DNA of 59,982 bases, filler included, from Dugesia japonica (Eukaryota), in NCBI GenBank assembly GCA_001938525.1. It is 5 parts of 5 records of this genome, joined end to end, with 100 filler letters (N's around TTAATTAATTAA, not from the genome) between each part and the next. Parts side by side here need not be neighbours in the genome. Positions count along the whole stretch, not along the records: positions 1 to 14,657 come from MQRL01600828.1; 4 more parts are not named here. One strand, given 5' to 3'. A program made the position numbers and the translations under genes. Positions within the stretch are counted from its first letter, which is position 1; every line of letters starts with the position of its first letter. The notes under the pieces were generated by a model that saw nothing but the letters and a program-made list of their open reading frames with translations, made no database searches and was not told the origin of the DNA. Shown piece by piece: positions 1 through 12,764 of this stretch.

Positions 1-1054
1 ACTTAACAATTATAATAAGCACACAACTAACATGACCGAATCCCGATCCGGAGCAAGCACAACGTTTGAATTGCGGATTCTTCAGATGAAATTAACGATT
101 CGAGGGGTCCACCATAACTGTTCATCCTTGAGTCAGAAATCGTTGCGTTTTATCAACAACAAGAAATTGCCGTTGAATTCGCCTTTGAATCAAGTCATCG
201 CTTCAAAATTCGATAAATTAGTGAAATCTGTTACACTTGGTAAATTATTAATAATTTTGATGAAAATGCATCGGTATTTATACCGGTTTTTGCTACACCT
301 TCATCCTTTCCATTGGCTAATTTTCATTCTTTTGTGTTCTATATGTTAATTATTTTAATTTCATCACATGATTTCTTCGGATTGGCTACTATTTTGGGAT
401 TCCAAAATTATTGTTCAATCTTTCATAAATCTTCTTTCGTTCTGCCATGACTCTCTAACCTTGATTTTCGAAATCTCCAATTTTTTCTCGACCAGAATTT
501 TTTTAATTGATAATTTTAGCGTAANNNNNNNNNNNNNNNNNNNNNNNNNNNNNNNNNNNNNNNNNNNNNNNNNNNNNNNNNNNNNNNNNNNNNNNNNNNN
601 NNNNNNNNNNNNNNNNNNNNNNNNNNNNNNNNNNNNNNNNNNNNNNNNNNNNNNNNNNNNNNNNNNNNNNNNNNNNNNNNNNNNNNNNNNNNNNNNNNNT
701 AATTCATTTAATTAATTTTTCTTTCCTCATAAATTAATTCCATGTGATTTTGACTAATGTAATAATGGTTATTTATTATCTTTTTTTGTACTGTTACAGC
801 TTCTATTACTTATTTTCTTCTTTGGTTTGCTTATTTCTGAGTGGTTTCTTGTTGTAAATTTTTGGGTTTTGTTGGTTGTTTCGTTGGTTTTAGCTACCAA
901 TCTTGGTTTTCTTTTTAATTATCTCTTACTTTCCCTGAATTATGTTCTTCATAGGTCCGAGTGCTTTGCTTTCTTTTCTGACGACGATTTTTTGAATTTC
1001 GAGTATACCTATTCCCATTTTTATTTTCGATACCAGGTGTAATTATTTTTAACA
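1..1054 (-). mobile_element. Solo-LTR-like repeat (family A), copy 1
   Basis: Minus strand starts TGTT at 1054. It has CCAAT boxes (plus-strand attggc at ~312, ~381) upstream of a TATAAAT in context aaaaccggtataaatacc (~270-290). Blocks of similarity to 1130-1846 and 28120-29282. Confidence 0.45.
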
Positions 1055-1129
1055 TTTAAACTGTTTCTCTTCATACCCTCGTTCTTTTCATTGGTGACTT
1101 AACATCGTACGATTTTTCTAATGTTTCTA

Positions 1130-1846
1130 TTGGCTTGATCGCTAAATTAGTACTTATTATTGGTTGGTATTTTAGGATTCCAAAATTATTGGTCAATCTT
1201 CAAACGCTTGTATCTTCTTTCTGGATTTTCAAAATTTCCGATTTTTCCTTGACAATAATTTTCTTACTAGCTAATTTTTCCACCATGACAAGTCGTCGTT
1301 TTTTCCATATTTCACAAAATTTTTAATTTTCTTTTAAAAAGAAATCATTTTAATTTGTTCGATTTATTTTATTTAAATAAACAAATTATTTATTTTATTT
1401 TTGTCTTAATTAATAATTTGATGTTCATTTTTTCGTTTACTGATCTGAAATTAATTTACGTTTGTCGTTTTTTTTCTTTCATTAATCAATTTAATTAATT
1501 CCTTAAATTTATTTTTTCTTTCTCCAATTATTAGTTCAATATAATTTCTTAGTTTTGGCTTATAAACTAATTTTTATTCATTATTTTCTTTATCTGGCTA
1601 ATAGCTTCAAATACTTCTTTTTGACTTTCTTATTTCTGAGTAGTTTCTTGCTGTAACTTTAGATTTTGCTGTTTATTACGTTGGTTTTAACTACCAATCT
1701 TGGTTTGTTTTAAGAATTTCTTTCTTTCAATACACTGTGACTTTCCTTTGTTTTGATTCTTTTTTTCCTCATTTGGTGACTATATTTTCACTTTAGGCTT
1801 TACCTACCACCATTTTTATTCTCCGTACCCGGTGTTTCACCTTAAA
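1130..1846 (-). mobile_element. Diverged partial copy of family A LTR-like repeat
   Basis: Direct similarity to 360-1054: ggattccaaaattattg, ttatttctgagt.gtttcttg, ctaccaatcttggttt and tacc.ggtgt are shared in the same order. Confidence 0.5.
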
Positions 1847-2268
1847 AATATTGTTTTATTTATGTAAACTTATTAATTATTAGTTTAGATCCGATGTGTA
1901 ATGTCAAAGAGTCAAACCAACACCATGTTTCTTGGTTGTTGAAGACATTATTTTACTTTTTATTGTTAAATGTTGCAAAAATATTGTTATACCTTTATGC
2001 GTTGTTTTTCAATGTGTTAATAAATATTATGTAATAAATCATATTTAATCAAACTCTTTTTTTATTTTATTTCATAAATATAGTTTTTAATTAATTATAT
2101 AATTAAATCATATAATATTTTTTAATTACATTCTTCAATTTTGGTAATATTTTAAGTTCAGGTACAAAATAATTTCTATCAATATTTTCCAATATTTCTT
2201 CTATAATAAGATTTAAATTCATTATTAATAAGCATTTAAAATAATTTTGTTTATATTCAACATGTATA

Positions 2269-2346
2269 ATGCATGCTGACGTCATATATGATGCATACTG
2301 ACGTCAGGCACAATGCATGCTGGCTTCATGCCTAATGCATGTTAGC
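2269..2346. repeat. 22-bp tandem repeat (~3.5 units) containing two TGACGTCA palindromes
   Basis: Units atgcatgctgacgtcatatatg / atgcatactgacgtcaggcaca / atgcatgctggcttcatgccta / atgcatgttagc. Confidence 0.8.
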
Positions 2347-2762
2347 AATAAGCTTATAAAATACAACTTAATAAATAAATAATAAGAAATAGTAATAACA
2401 TCTTTTTATTTAAAAACATTTCAAAATTTATTTTGATTCTAAAGAGGACAATGTTTTTTACTCATCATAATCTAAATAGAAATAATTAAATTAACATTTA
2501 AAAACTAATAAATAAATACCATTTTTTGAGGTTTTGTTCTTAACCAGGCTGGATCGAATGTATGTTTTATGTGCTAATTTATTCGACTTAATAACTGTAT
2601 AATTGATGTTTTTTGGTGGTTATCCTAAATTATTACACAAAGATCGACGTTCTCATTATAACAGTCAACGTAGGACTGATGAGAAATTTCTGTGTTTTTC
2701 AATGTTATACCTTTTGTTCTCATGCTGTTCTTATCGCCGAGCAGGCTATAACATTTCGGCTT

Positions 2763-3040
2763 TGTTAGGTAAATCTTCAATTGGTAGTTCATTTTGCAAA
2801 TANCAATTTATATTTTTNGACATCATTTATTTTACTTTTACAAAACATGCTTAGTAAGATAATTATACTATAATAGCACTGATTACATATTAAAAAGGAT
2901 TTATATCACTTTTGATTCGCTAAAACTAATAAATAATAAATTAAATAATAATTATTTCCTTAAAGGTCTCAAAAATACCCATTCTTGATACTTCTTTCCT
3001 TTATTCTCATCTTTGAATTTATCTATTACTGAATTCATGT
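2763..3040 (-). mobile_element. Gypsy LTR 3'-end fragment (family B)
   Basis: Reverse complement matches 10320-10519, the LTR ending CCTAACA just before a PBS. Left boundary is TGTTAGG at 2763; right boundary approximate. Confidence 0.7.
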
Positions 3041-3059
3041 NNNNNNTATAAAGAGTGTG

Positions 3060-4570
3060 ATCTTTATTATAATTCGAAGTATCAAGTAGCTGATCTCTCA
3101 CCATACTTGCTGTTATTGTTTCTAAACTTATATTTTCTATTTCTAGAAAAAAGACTATCTGTGTCGCCGGCTATAATATTTATTTTACAATTATATTCCT
3201 TCCTGTAATTATTCAATTCAATGCACTGAAGTATGTAAATTCTCAATTTTGAGTGGTCAAGTACAGTTTGTCTTATGTAGCTTGGACGATCTAAACAAAC
3301 GATATCCTTTTTGAGAAGAACTACTATCAAATCATCATCAATTTTTGTGGTTTTTTTAAATCCGGCTTTTGATGTGTAAGTAATCAACATTTTAGCTGAA
3401 TTAGATATGCGCAGATTGATCCTATTCTTAAGATTTCCCACTGAATTTTCATAAAAACTGTAGTTTAACAGTTTATAATAGTTTCTATTCAATACAGTAA
3501 CGCAATTTGATCTGAGAATTGTGTTTGTATTTTGTATATATTTGTATATATTTGTATATATCTCAAAACATGAGACTTGACTGAATTTAAAATCTATGAA
3601 CCTCTGTTACTCGAACCCTTTAACTTAAATACATTTGCAGAAATCTCAGTGCACTACGTAAGTGATCTTGGAGTAGTGCGGTAACATTAATTTCTTCACT
3701 TTTGAACCTGGAGCGCTTTTATGTTCAAATGCAACCGGGAAATCATTCAAATAATCGTGTATTTCTGCTGGAATCATCATGTGTACTTCTAGTGTGTATC
3801 AATATGTTAATGATTCTAGGTCTGCATTCTTACACTCTTTCAAAACCCTATCTAATCCACAATACATCCACTAAAGATTTTTATAGGACAACCTTTGACT
3901 CAGTGCCCAACTATACAGATTATTAATATATATATACAACAAGTCAACATTTTCACTAGTGGCGAGATTATGATTATTTACAAATATTAGCTCTCCTCTT
4001 ATAGCTCCTTCAAAAAAGGTATACATATCGTTATCTTGCAGCAATTAAATAGATTTATTTCAACGAAGTCAACGCAGATGCACATGAAATTCCTGGTATA
4101 CCGAAATAATTCAACGATTCCAAATAGTTTTGCGCTAAAGACTTTGCTGGGAATTGTTGGAAAAAATTGGCTAACAAATACACATCCAGCTTTAAATACA
4201 ACATCATATATTCCAACAAACTTTTATAACAAAATATTTCCCACAACGATAATACTTTTTCATATTCTTCCCTACTAATTTCCTCTCATTTTAGTGGTAT
4301 TTGTTTTGTGTCTTCCAAGAACCTGTAATCTCGTTGCAAAATTGTACAGAAATATTCCCTTTGATTTTGTAATAATCTGATTCTTAAAATCCTTTTAGTC
4401 AAAGGTGTCGCTTTTAAGAATTTAACAGCAGATTCCAATGATAAATTTATAAACTGGTAACTGTCAATGATTTTAATTGTTGTTTCATTTTCACGTACAA
4501 TTAAACATAGAAATTTTTATGTTGTCAATGGCATGCATGATATTGACCGATTCTTAAATTTATTAATATT
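3060..4570 (-). pseudogene. polB: Degenerate Polinton-type protein-primed DNA polymerase B
   Basis: Frameshifted minus-strand motifs in the correct order: IDSYQF, KGIF, YLKLDVYLLA (ExoIII), AIRG, NLYSWALSQ (motif A), KLLNYSFY...NLKNR (motif B), LDRPSYIRQTVLDHSK, GDTDSLF (motif C). Confidence 0.85.
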
Positions 4571-6743
4571 GTTGGGTATTTAAACTCAACAAGAGATTTT
4601 ATGGTTCGTATTTGATATTAGTAAAATAAATAATTGGTTTGTGATTTTACGGGTGTTTATTTTATCCTTGTGTATGTGTGGATACAATATAATATAATCA
4701 ATATATTACTGAAAATGATGAAATAGGGTAATTTATTGTCTTTATTGCCTTATATAAATAAATAATCACACACCTTTTAAATATCCTTTATTTTTGGTAT
4801 ATAATACAGTAGAGCTTAGCTATTCAACACCTTATACGCAGTAATATAATTTACCAGAGTACATCTTCCCTGAGAGGTCAGTGTCTATGTAAATGAAATG
4901 CCTGCCTGATACTAAAAAGTTCTCAGTATTTATACTGATTTCATATGTACAACCCACCACCAATCATAGACATAGCAAATGGGAAAAATGAAAACACATT
5001 AATTTTACAAAACATTCCTTTAGTTTTATTTACTTTTACTTAAAACGAAAATTATTTTTATTAATTTTTTACAAAATTCAGAAAATTTTTGTTATTTATT
5101 TTCTTTTTTCCCATATTTACACAAGTGCATTTCAATTTGCATTTCAACACACGGCATAGAATAAACAAGTGAAATGCGTAAACTATAATGAAAATCATTA
5201 AATAAAATATAGACCATATTTTGAAAAATAATAATTAATTACAAAAATGTTCAGATTAAAATACTCAAATCATAAACAATTTTCTTCAATATCAGAATAT
5301 TAAAGTTTGAAGAATTAATATACACAACATAACTCAAATAAAATGTATATCAAATTTATATCGATTATTTTCAAATGTCTAATAATCGAAAAGTGCTTCT
5401 TAAATATAGAACTGAGTTTGATTGGGTATTAATTGGATCTGCTTGGTTGAGATGTGTGATGCTATGTTTGAGTGCTATGTGATATGATTTTGTATTTATG
5501 CTGTGTTTTGTATGTTATATTCTTACCAATACTATATTTGAGGATTTGATGAAGATCATATCCTCTTAAATTATGGAAGACCACCAAGCAACGAAGTATT
5601 GGTATGATGCCTAAGATATCTGGTCTAGGGAAAATGTTTTTGAATTATAGAAGGGATCTGTCTGTACCAAGTCCTTCATCAATAAACTTTACAAGACCAG
5701 AAAGGTATGTGGAATTAGTTCTTTATGATACAGGCAAAAATTTTCCTGATAGAATTTTAAGTGAATTTTTAAGTGAATTAAAGAAGTACATGATATTTGT
5801 AAATCGAACTTTCGATAACGCCCAAGATATTTTTTTATCAACTTTAAACGTTGTATGCTTGTGTAGGTAAATCATATCCACCCTGCGTATATTTTTTGTT
5901 ACAGAACAAAACTTTAACATAACAACACTTTAAGACTATTGGATGATCGAAATTTTAATGTTATTATTCCCAGATTTAGCATCTTGGAAAGTATTGGTGG
6001 ATTTCGTAAAGGCTCCGATAAGAGTAGTTACTAACGCTTTATCAAAATGCCAAAATTAATGGTTATATTTTGATCTGTTACAAATCATAATAAGAAAAGT
6101 TAATAATATTGGACTAAAAAGTACTTTTAAACGTAGATATTAAACTTAAAACTTTGGAAGCTTAAGCATTTGAATCCATAGTAGATGTGAGAACGTTGTT
6201 TACTCAACCGGCTGAAATTTTTCTAAATGAAGAAAGTAACAAAGAAAATTTGAGTTATTACATTGAAGGTCTAGCGAGTAGAGATGCACAGTTTTGATTG
6301 AAGGTATGGAACCATTATAATGTAGCGTTGGAAGAGTCTCCCAATGCAGCCAACTGTCCTGAAAGTTTTTATAATTGTCTTAATTCATTATTCTTTTATG
6401 ATCATTCTAATATATGGAATTTATTTGATGAATTAAAACGAGATATGGCTTATCATCGGTAAAAATTAGCAAATATTACATCTTCTCGTTCAAAAAGACT
6501 TTTGCTCTATTCCAAAAGTCGTAATTAAGATACCAGACCTGATCTTTTGCAGGATCCTTAATCTCTTATTACTTGTTAACCAATTGTGAACCTTCCTCTT
6601 TCGTATTGAATGATTTTACTACCATTGTGTTTTCAATCCTGAAGATTTTTCAATATTCCAACTGTGATATTTTCTGATAATTCATGTGATACCAGTAGTA
6701 TTGAAACTGGTATTGATCACAAAAGATTTTTGGTAATACTAAT

Positions 6744-6935
6744 TGTTAGGTAAATCTTCAATTGGTAATTCATTTTCCAAAATACAACTAATATTTTTAG
6801 ATATCATTATTTTACTACTACAACACATTTTAGATAAAATAAAAATTAATGATTACAATAATTTCAATATTAATATTTTTTTAACTCGATTTCTATTGGA
6901 TAAAATTATTAAATAATAATTATTTCCTCATACTA
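6744..6935 (-). mobile_element. Gypsy LTR 3'-end fragment (family B), second copy
   Basis: Direct repeat of 2763-2960 and reverse complement of 10320-10519; starts TGTTAGG at 6744. Confidence 0.7.
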
Positions 6936-8649
6936 ATAATATGGAGTTTAAATACCGGTATTAAATATCAAGAATTATATAATTTATAATTATGAGTTCA
7001 ATCATATAATTATAATAAAAAGTAATCAAATAATCAATTATAAATTATATGGATACTATGCAAAAATTTTTAAAAAAGTCGATTATAAGTTTTGGATCAG
7101 CCGATAATTTGTTTATATATTTTTACTAAATTAAATTTAAATGAAGGTCTTAGTTTATGGACTACTTAAACATTTTAGTTTCTTATTCATTAATGCTAAA
7201 GTTAAGCGAATTCAGTATTTCTATTCATTGTATTACATTTCTTAATATATAAAAATTTTAAATTGAACAACTCTTCATAGTGTTTTCATACTTAGTAAGT
7301 TATTTGATTTCTATAATTACTAAAAATCTGCTGCTTCTATTCGTATACTTATTTTCGTCTATTTCCTTGGAGTTGAAGAAAGGTATAAATTTGTAAAAAT
7401 TTATCTATCCTCGCAAAAAAATTACAGATTTATCATTTAAGCTGATTTCAGATAATTGCATGTTGAAAGGACATCCTTTCAACTTGACAGGATTCCGAAA
7501 TCAAAAAAAAGTAGTAAATGATAATAGATAATAGTACTTGATAGGTATATGTTATTTTTTTTATAAAGAAACACATGTTATATTGATAGACGTCACATAG
7601 TTTTTCTGTATCAATCTCAACAGTCATCATGTTTTATTTTGTTAGTATAACTTCTTGCATACACTTTTTCTCTGTTTTGATTTTACAACTTCTAAACTCT
7701 TTCACCGCATGATCTCTACTGTAGTCATGCATTTCTTCTGATATGGTTTGTTCGATTCAATTTACGCATGAATTTCTTTTATTTTCAATGGATTATCAAT
7801 CGTTGGAAAAATTTAATTAATTGATTATTGGTCAACTATTGTTAATCCCTGTTATATTAATACTAGGTATTATATGAGCGACAAGCCACCCAATGATCAA
7901 AGAATGCGCGTAGAAAAAAAACATTTGAAAATAATTTTGGAATTAAATTTTATTTATGAACCTCATTTTTGTCTTATTCATTTTTTGGCTTATGATTTGC
8001 TCAGGAAATCTTTTTTTCTCGCTATTAATTTCTTTCACATGTTTTCTTTCTTCCTGTTTTTCAATAGACCTTATGTCCGCTTTGATTTTCCCACCAACCA
8101 TCCACCTTATTTGGTACATCAATTTCTTCAGGAAGTTGCATGATCACACATTTTTTCCATTTTTTGACCCCTTTTGTCCTACCACATTTTGAAATCTAAA
8201 AAAACAAATCATGAAAATAACACTTTTCATGCAATTTACCATAAAATAATGTCTGTTTAAAACTTTAAAATTTTACTAAATATTTTACAATTGCAATTAT
8301 TTCGAGAATAATTGTTGGACATAACCATTTACCAAATGTGCTCAGGATTTATTGTCGTTTTTACAAGACGTTATTTATTTATTCAACAACTTTTAAAAAA
8401 ATTTTAAAATAAAAAAAATTGAACATTTAACCTTGAAATTTCAAATCAGTTGATCTTGAGAACTCATATAGAGACTTCACACAAATTGTTATTGATATTT
8501 GATTTTGAACAAGATAATTTTAAGATTTCAAACCAGTTAATCTTGATTTGGGGTAGTGGAGTTATGAGCTCAAGTCTACATACTGTTGGGAGACACAAAA
8601 TAAATCTAAATAGCCATACGTCAGCCAGGTCTATGTTGAATACCACACA

Positions 8650-9000
8650 TGAAACCATAGAGTATTCTAAAGCTGTAGAATACTTAGAAAACTATATAGT
8701 ATCCTAAAAACATAGAGTATCTTAAAGCTATAGAATAGCCAGAAAACCATATAACAGTGTAAAAGTTATAGTAAAGTTTTAATTTTTAGTTTACAGTAAA
8801 TCAATGGATAGAATAAGCAAAGGGGTACAGAAAGTCAATGTAATACAGTAAAACCAATGAATATAGTGGAATTATTGTGACAACGTAAACCAATGGGATA
8901 TAGTAAACCTATGGGTATAGTAAATTAATAGATATAGTGTGTATAGTAAACTAGTGGACATGGTAAACCAATGAACACCGCACATTGCAAAACAAGTAGT
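8650..9000. repeat. Degenerate ~17-19 bp minisatellite (atagtaaaccaatgg-like)
   Basis: Repeated agtaaac.aatgg.tat units; the block is duplicated at 9540-9830. Confidence 0.7.
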
Positions 9001-9539
9001 ATTTTATCATAATGCCCGATTAAATCAAATTGTTCAAGTAAATTATATGACTTAACTCATAAATAGAACATGCACCAAGTCCAATCTTCCATAGACTAAT
9101 TTTTAGGTCATGTGCAAATTGTAACTACTTATATACAAATTATAACCACCTATGTAAAAATAATAACCACCTATTGTATATTCAGACATTAGTTTGAAAT
9201 TTTTAGGTCTAAATTTTATTTGGATAACAAATTTTATAAAATTTCTTTAGATTTAGACAAAATATTAATAAATATATACTAAGTCCATAAGCCATTTCAC
9301 TAAAATGTATAAAACCGTGATTAAAATATAGACTAATTTTATTAAGATTAATATAATTTCCTAAATTTTCCTAAGTTTCATAAATTTCATTAATTAAAAT
9401 GAATTACTTTCACTAAAGTTAATTAAATTTCTCAAAGGTCTTTTTAATTTATTCGAACATAATAGATTTAATTGATTTATAGTGTTCTTTAGATGTTCTT
9501 TTTTGTATTTGTTTCATAAAATTCAGCCGTTATATTTAC

Positions 9540-9830
9540 ACAGTTGGTCAATGATTATTGTAAAATAGTAGAAAGCAATAATTTAATGGACACTATACGT
9601 TAATGGATGCATGCAGCTGATGAACATAGTGTCCAAATGAATACAGAAAGCCAATGTAATACAGTAATCAAATCGGTAGAGTAAACCAATGTGATACTAT
9701 ACGAATAGGTACAGTAAACTTGTAGACATATTAAACCAATGTATTAAGTAAGCTAATAGATGCAGAAAATCAATAGGTGTAGCAAACCAATGTACACCAC
9801 GCATTACATAACAGGTAGTATTTTGTCTCA
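9540..9830. repeat. Second block of the same degenerate minisatellite
   Basis: Shares tacagaaag.caatgtaatacagtaa and aaaccaatg.acacc...cattrca.aaca.gtagtatttt with 8826-9005. Confidence 0.7.
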
Positions 9831-10229
9831 GTATATGCTAAAATCAGTCAATTCAAGCAAGTTATCTGATTTATTATTACAATAATTCAATGCATTTATT
9901 TTTAGACTGTCGATTTTTAAATATAGCTCAGATTTAATCAGATAAAGATTTTTTGTCAAGAAACAATATTTTTTTTGGAAAAAATCTTGTAATTTAAATG
10001 TTTCAATTTTTATAGTTTTGTTTATTTCAATTTTTATGGTAAAGAGTATGAATTTGAACTTAATTAAAGTTTTTTGGTATTTGTTGTTAAATTTTCTGTT
10101 ACTTACTTATAATTTTATTGTTAATTTTATCAGTGTAAATAGGTTTAATTTATAATAATGTCAAATTTGAAAATTTTAATTATTTATTTAATTATAAAAC
10201 TTAAACAATGAAAAATATGTGAAAATTTT

Positions 10230-12566
10230 CTACAACCTTTTCATCAAGAAGGAAGCATTTTTCGAAAGGAGATCATTATAGGTAATCTTTTAATTTGATT
10301 TTTATGGGTTTTTAATAAAAATAATTATTATAAGGAAATAATTATTATTTAATAATTTCACGCAATAGAAAGTGATCAAATTCCATTTTAAAATGTAATC
10401 AGTTCTATTTTAATTATAATTATCTTACTAAGCATGTGTTGTAGTAGTAAAATAAATGATGTCTAAAGATATTAGTTGTGATTTTCAAAATGAATTACTA
10501 ATTGAAGATTAACCTAACATGGTGGCAGCGGTAAATACCAAAATTTTATTTTGACGCTAAAATTATCACCCAGGTGAAACAACAAGAGAGATTATTCTCT
10601 TATTTGATAAATGTAGATTTTTTGGAAGAATATGCAAAGACGTTGAAAAAAGTTGAACATTTTCAGTCTCGTTTACGTATGGCATTTGAAAAAGAGAAAG
10701 ATGTTATCAAAGATTTTCAAAATTTAATTAACTACAGGTGTGGAAATGTAGAGGTTCAAGTTCTTTTAAAAAATGTAAAAGATTTAGTAAAAAGATTTTT
10801 TACAAATAAAGATTTTACTGAAGAAAAATGGTAGCAAAGATGCTAGTATATTGTTCAGATAACAACAAAGATGAAGAAGAAGTGATTTTGCGGAAACGAG
10901 AGAATAAAGAAGAAATTGAAGAAACAATGACGTTGGTAGATCAAGTAGAGAAAAACAGAGATCGAGTTAATGCAGTTAGAAGTTGCGCAAGAGTTACAAA
11001 TCGAAATTATCAGAAACCTGTATTTCATACCTTGAATAGACATGTGGATCAAAGAAAGAGAAAAAAATATCGAATGTTAGTTATGTCATAAGATCGGTCA
11101 TACTAAAGGAAATTGTCCTACCAAAAAAGTGGTAGATTGTTGAACTTGTCATAAAACAGGACATATAAATCGAGGTTTTCCAAATAAAAAGCAGCAAAAT
11201 GTTTTGGTTGTGGAAAGGTTGGCCATATTAGAAGGTTATGTCAAGAAGTGAGGTGTAAACGATGTGGTAATGGTGGACATAGGTCCAAAGAGTGCTAAAC
11301 AAATTTGAAAAGGAAAAGAACGAGTGAGAAATTTATAACTGTAGATAGATCAAGAAACCGATGTAATCGAGTACGTGCGATTGAAGAAGAAAATGTCAAT
11401 ACAAACGATGGATATGAGGAAGTGTATGAAAGTGATTTCGAAAGGCAGTACCCAAAAAGCAGGGCTCTACCAGTAGAGGAGTTAATTGGAGCCATCCATT
11501 GTTAAATAAAGTGATTAATTATCCTCAAGGGGTCGAAAAATGGGATGATATCGGGAAATTTTCAGAGAAATTTTACAGGTTCTTATAGAGGGAAACTGTT
11601 GCAAATGATAGAAAAATAGAATGGGTTGGATCAATTGAAACAAAACAAAAAACAAATATTTTGTACCATAAATTGCAAGGTAGACCAAGTGTTACTGTAT
11701 CGATTCAATGAAATAAAATTGAATGTCTATTATATACAGGGATTTAAATTAACGCGATGACTTTGAGTTGTTTTAATAAATTACGAGAAGTTCATTTAGA
11801 AATGAGTGATGAAAGGTGTTGTGCAAATAATAGTACACTGGAAGTTGTTGGAAAAGTTAGAAATGGAGTAATAATTGATGAATTTTGCATAGACTGACTT
11901 TCTTATTTGCTGAAAGAGTGACATCAGATCTGATAGAATTTTTGGATACCAGCTTAAGCAAAAGATGATAGCAAAACGGATGAAAAAGTGGAAAATTAGA
12001 TTTGCAATATTGAAGCAAAATTTGGGAGAAAAATTAAAAAATTTCGATTTAACAAGAGCCTTAAATACTTTGAAGATTAAAGACGATCAACGGCTATTAA
12101 AAATTTTTGGAAGTAAAGAAGATGCTTTTATGGCAGATAAATTGGATGTAGGACGCACACATCTGACAAGACACAAAATAATCACAAGTGGTGAACCAAT
12201 CAATGTAAAATCATACAGGCAATCAATGAACCTAGAATCTAAAATTGAAGAAGCTATTCACAACCTTTTCGAGAATAATATTATCNGGAAATGCAACTCT
12301 CCATGGAATACCCCACTGATTTGTGTTTGGAAAAGGAAAAGAAGAACATAGGAATGTTTGGAGTTTAGACAATTGAATGCAGTAACGAAAAGACATGCCT
12401 TTTAGATGCTTAATGTCGATGAAATGCTGAACAAGTTAGATGGTGCCAAATATTTCAGTTCAATAGATTTGGGAAATGCATACTATCAGGTAGAGGTTGA
12501 AGAAGAATCTCAAGAAAAACGGCGTTTTCAACAAAACACGGACAATATTTTTTTAATAGAATGCCA
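10230..12566 (+). mobile_element. Decayed Ty3/Gypsy LTR retrotransposon (5' LTR, PBS, gag, pro, RT N-terminal part)
   Basis: LTR ends CCTAACA at 10519, then the PBS. Gag has several CCHC knuckles (e.g. CFGCGKVGHIRRLC, CKRCGNGGHRSKEC). RT motifs SPWNTPL and YFSSIDLGNAYYQV. Broken by stops and frameshifts, and truncated at a (TAT)n tract. LTR start approximate. Confidence 0.9.
10520..10532 (+). promoter_or_regulatory. Primer-binding site, tRNA-Leu type (TGGTGGCAGCGGT)
   Basis: Immediately follows the LTR terminal CA; complementary to the ...ACCGCTGCCACCA 3' end of animal tRNA-Leu(AAG/UAG). Confidence 0.75.
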
Positions 12567-12764
12567 TTATTATTATTATTATGAAATTCATTTCCAAATT
12601 ATTATTAGAATTTGGCATGTTTGAACACAGAAATTTATTTTATTGCTTAGTCAATTTTGCAATATCAATAAATGTTTTTTATAAAGGAAAAACAATTAAA
12701 AAACAAATAGATAAATATTTATTTATAACATATTATATTTGATCTTTGTATAATTAATACATTC

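Noticed and set aside
2763-6935. Two direct LTR copies flanking the decayed pPolB, suggesting a retrotransposon that captured a Polinton polymerase
   Set aside because: No PBS follows the would-be 5' LTR at 6744 (unlike 10520) and there is no gag/pol between the copies. Independent solo-LTR insertions are simpler.
8650-9830. Repeat arrays here and at 57190-58560 as CRISPR-like arrays
   Set aside because: Degenerate tandem units without unique spacers, no cas genes, and a eukaryotic context.
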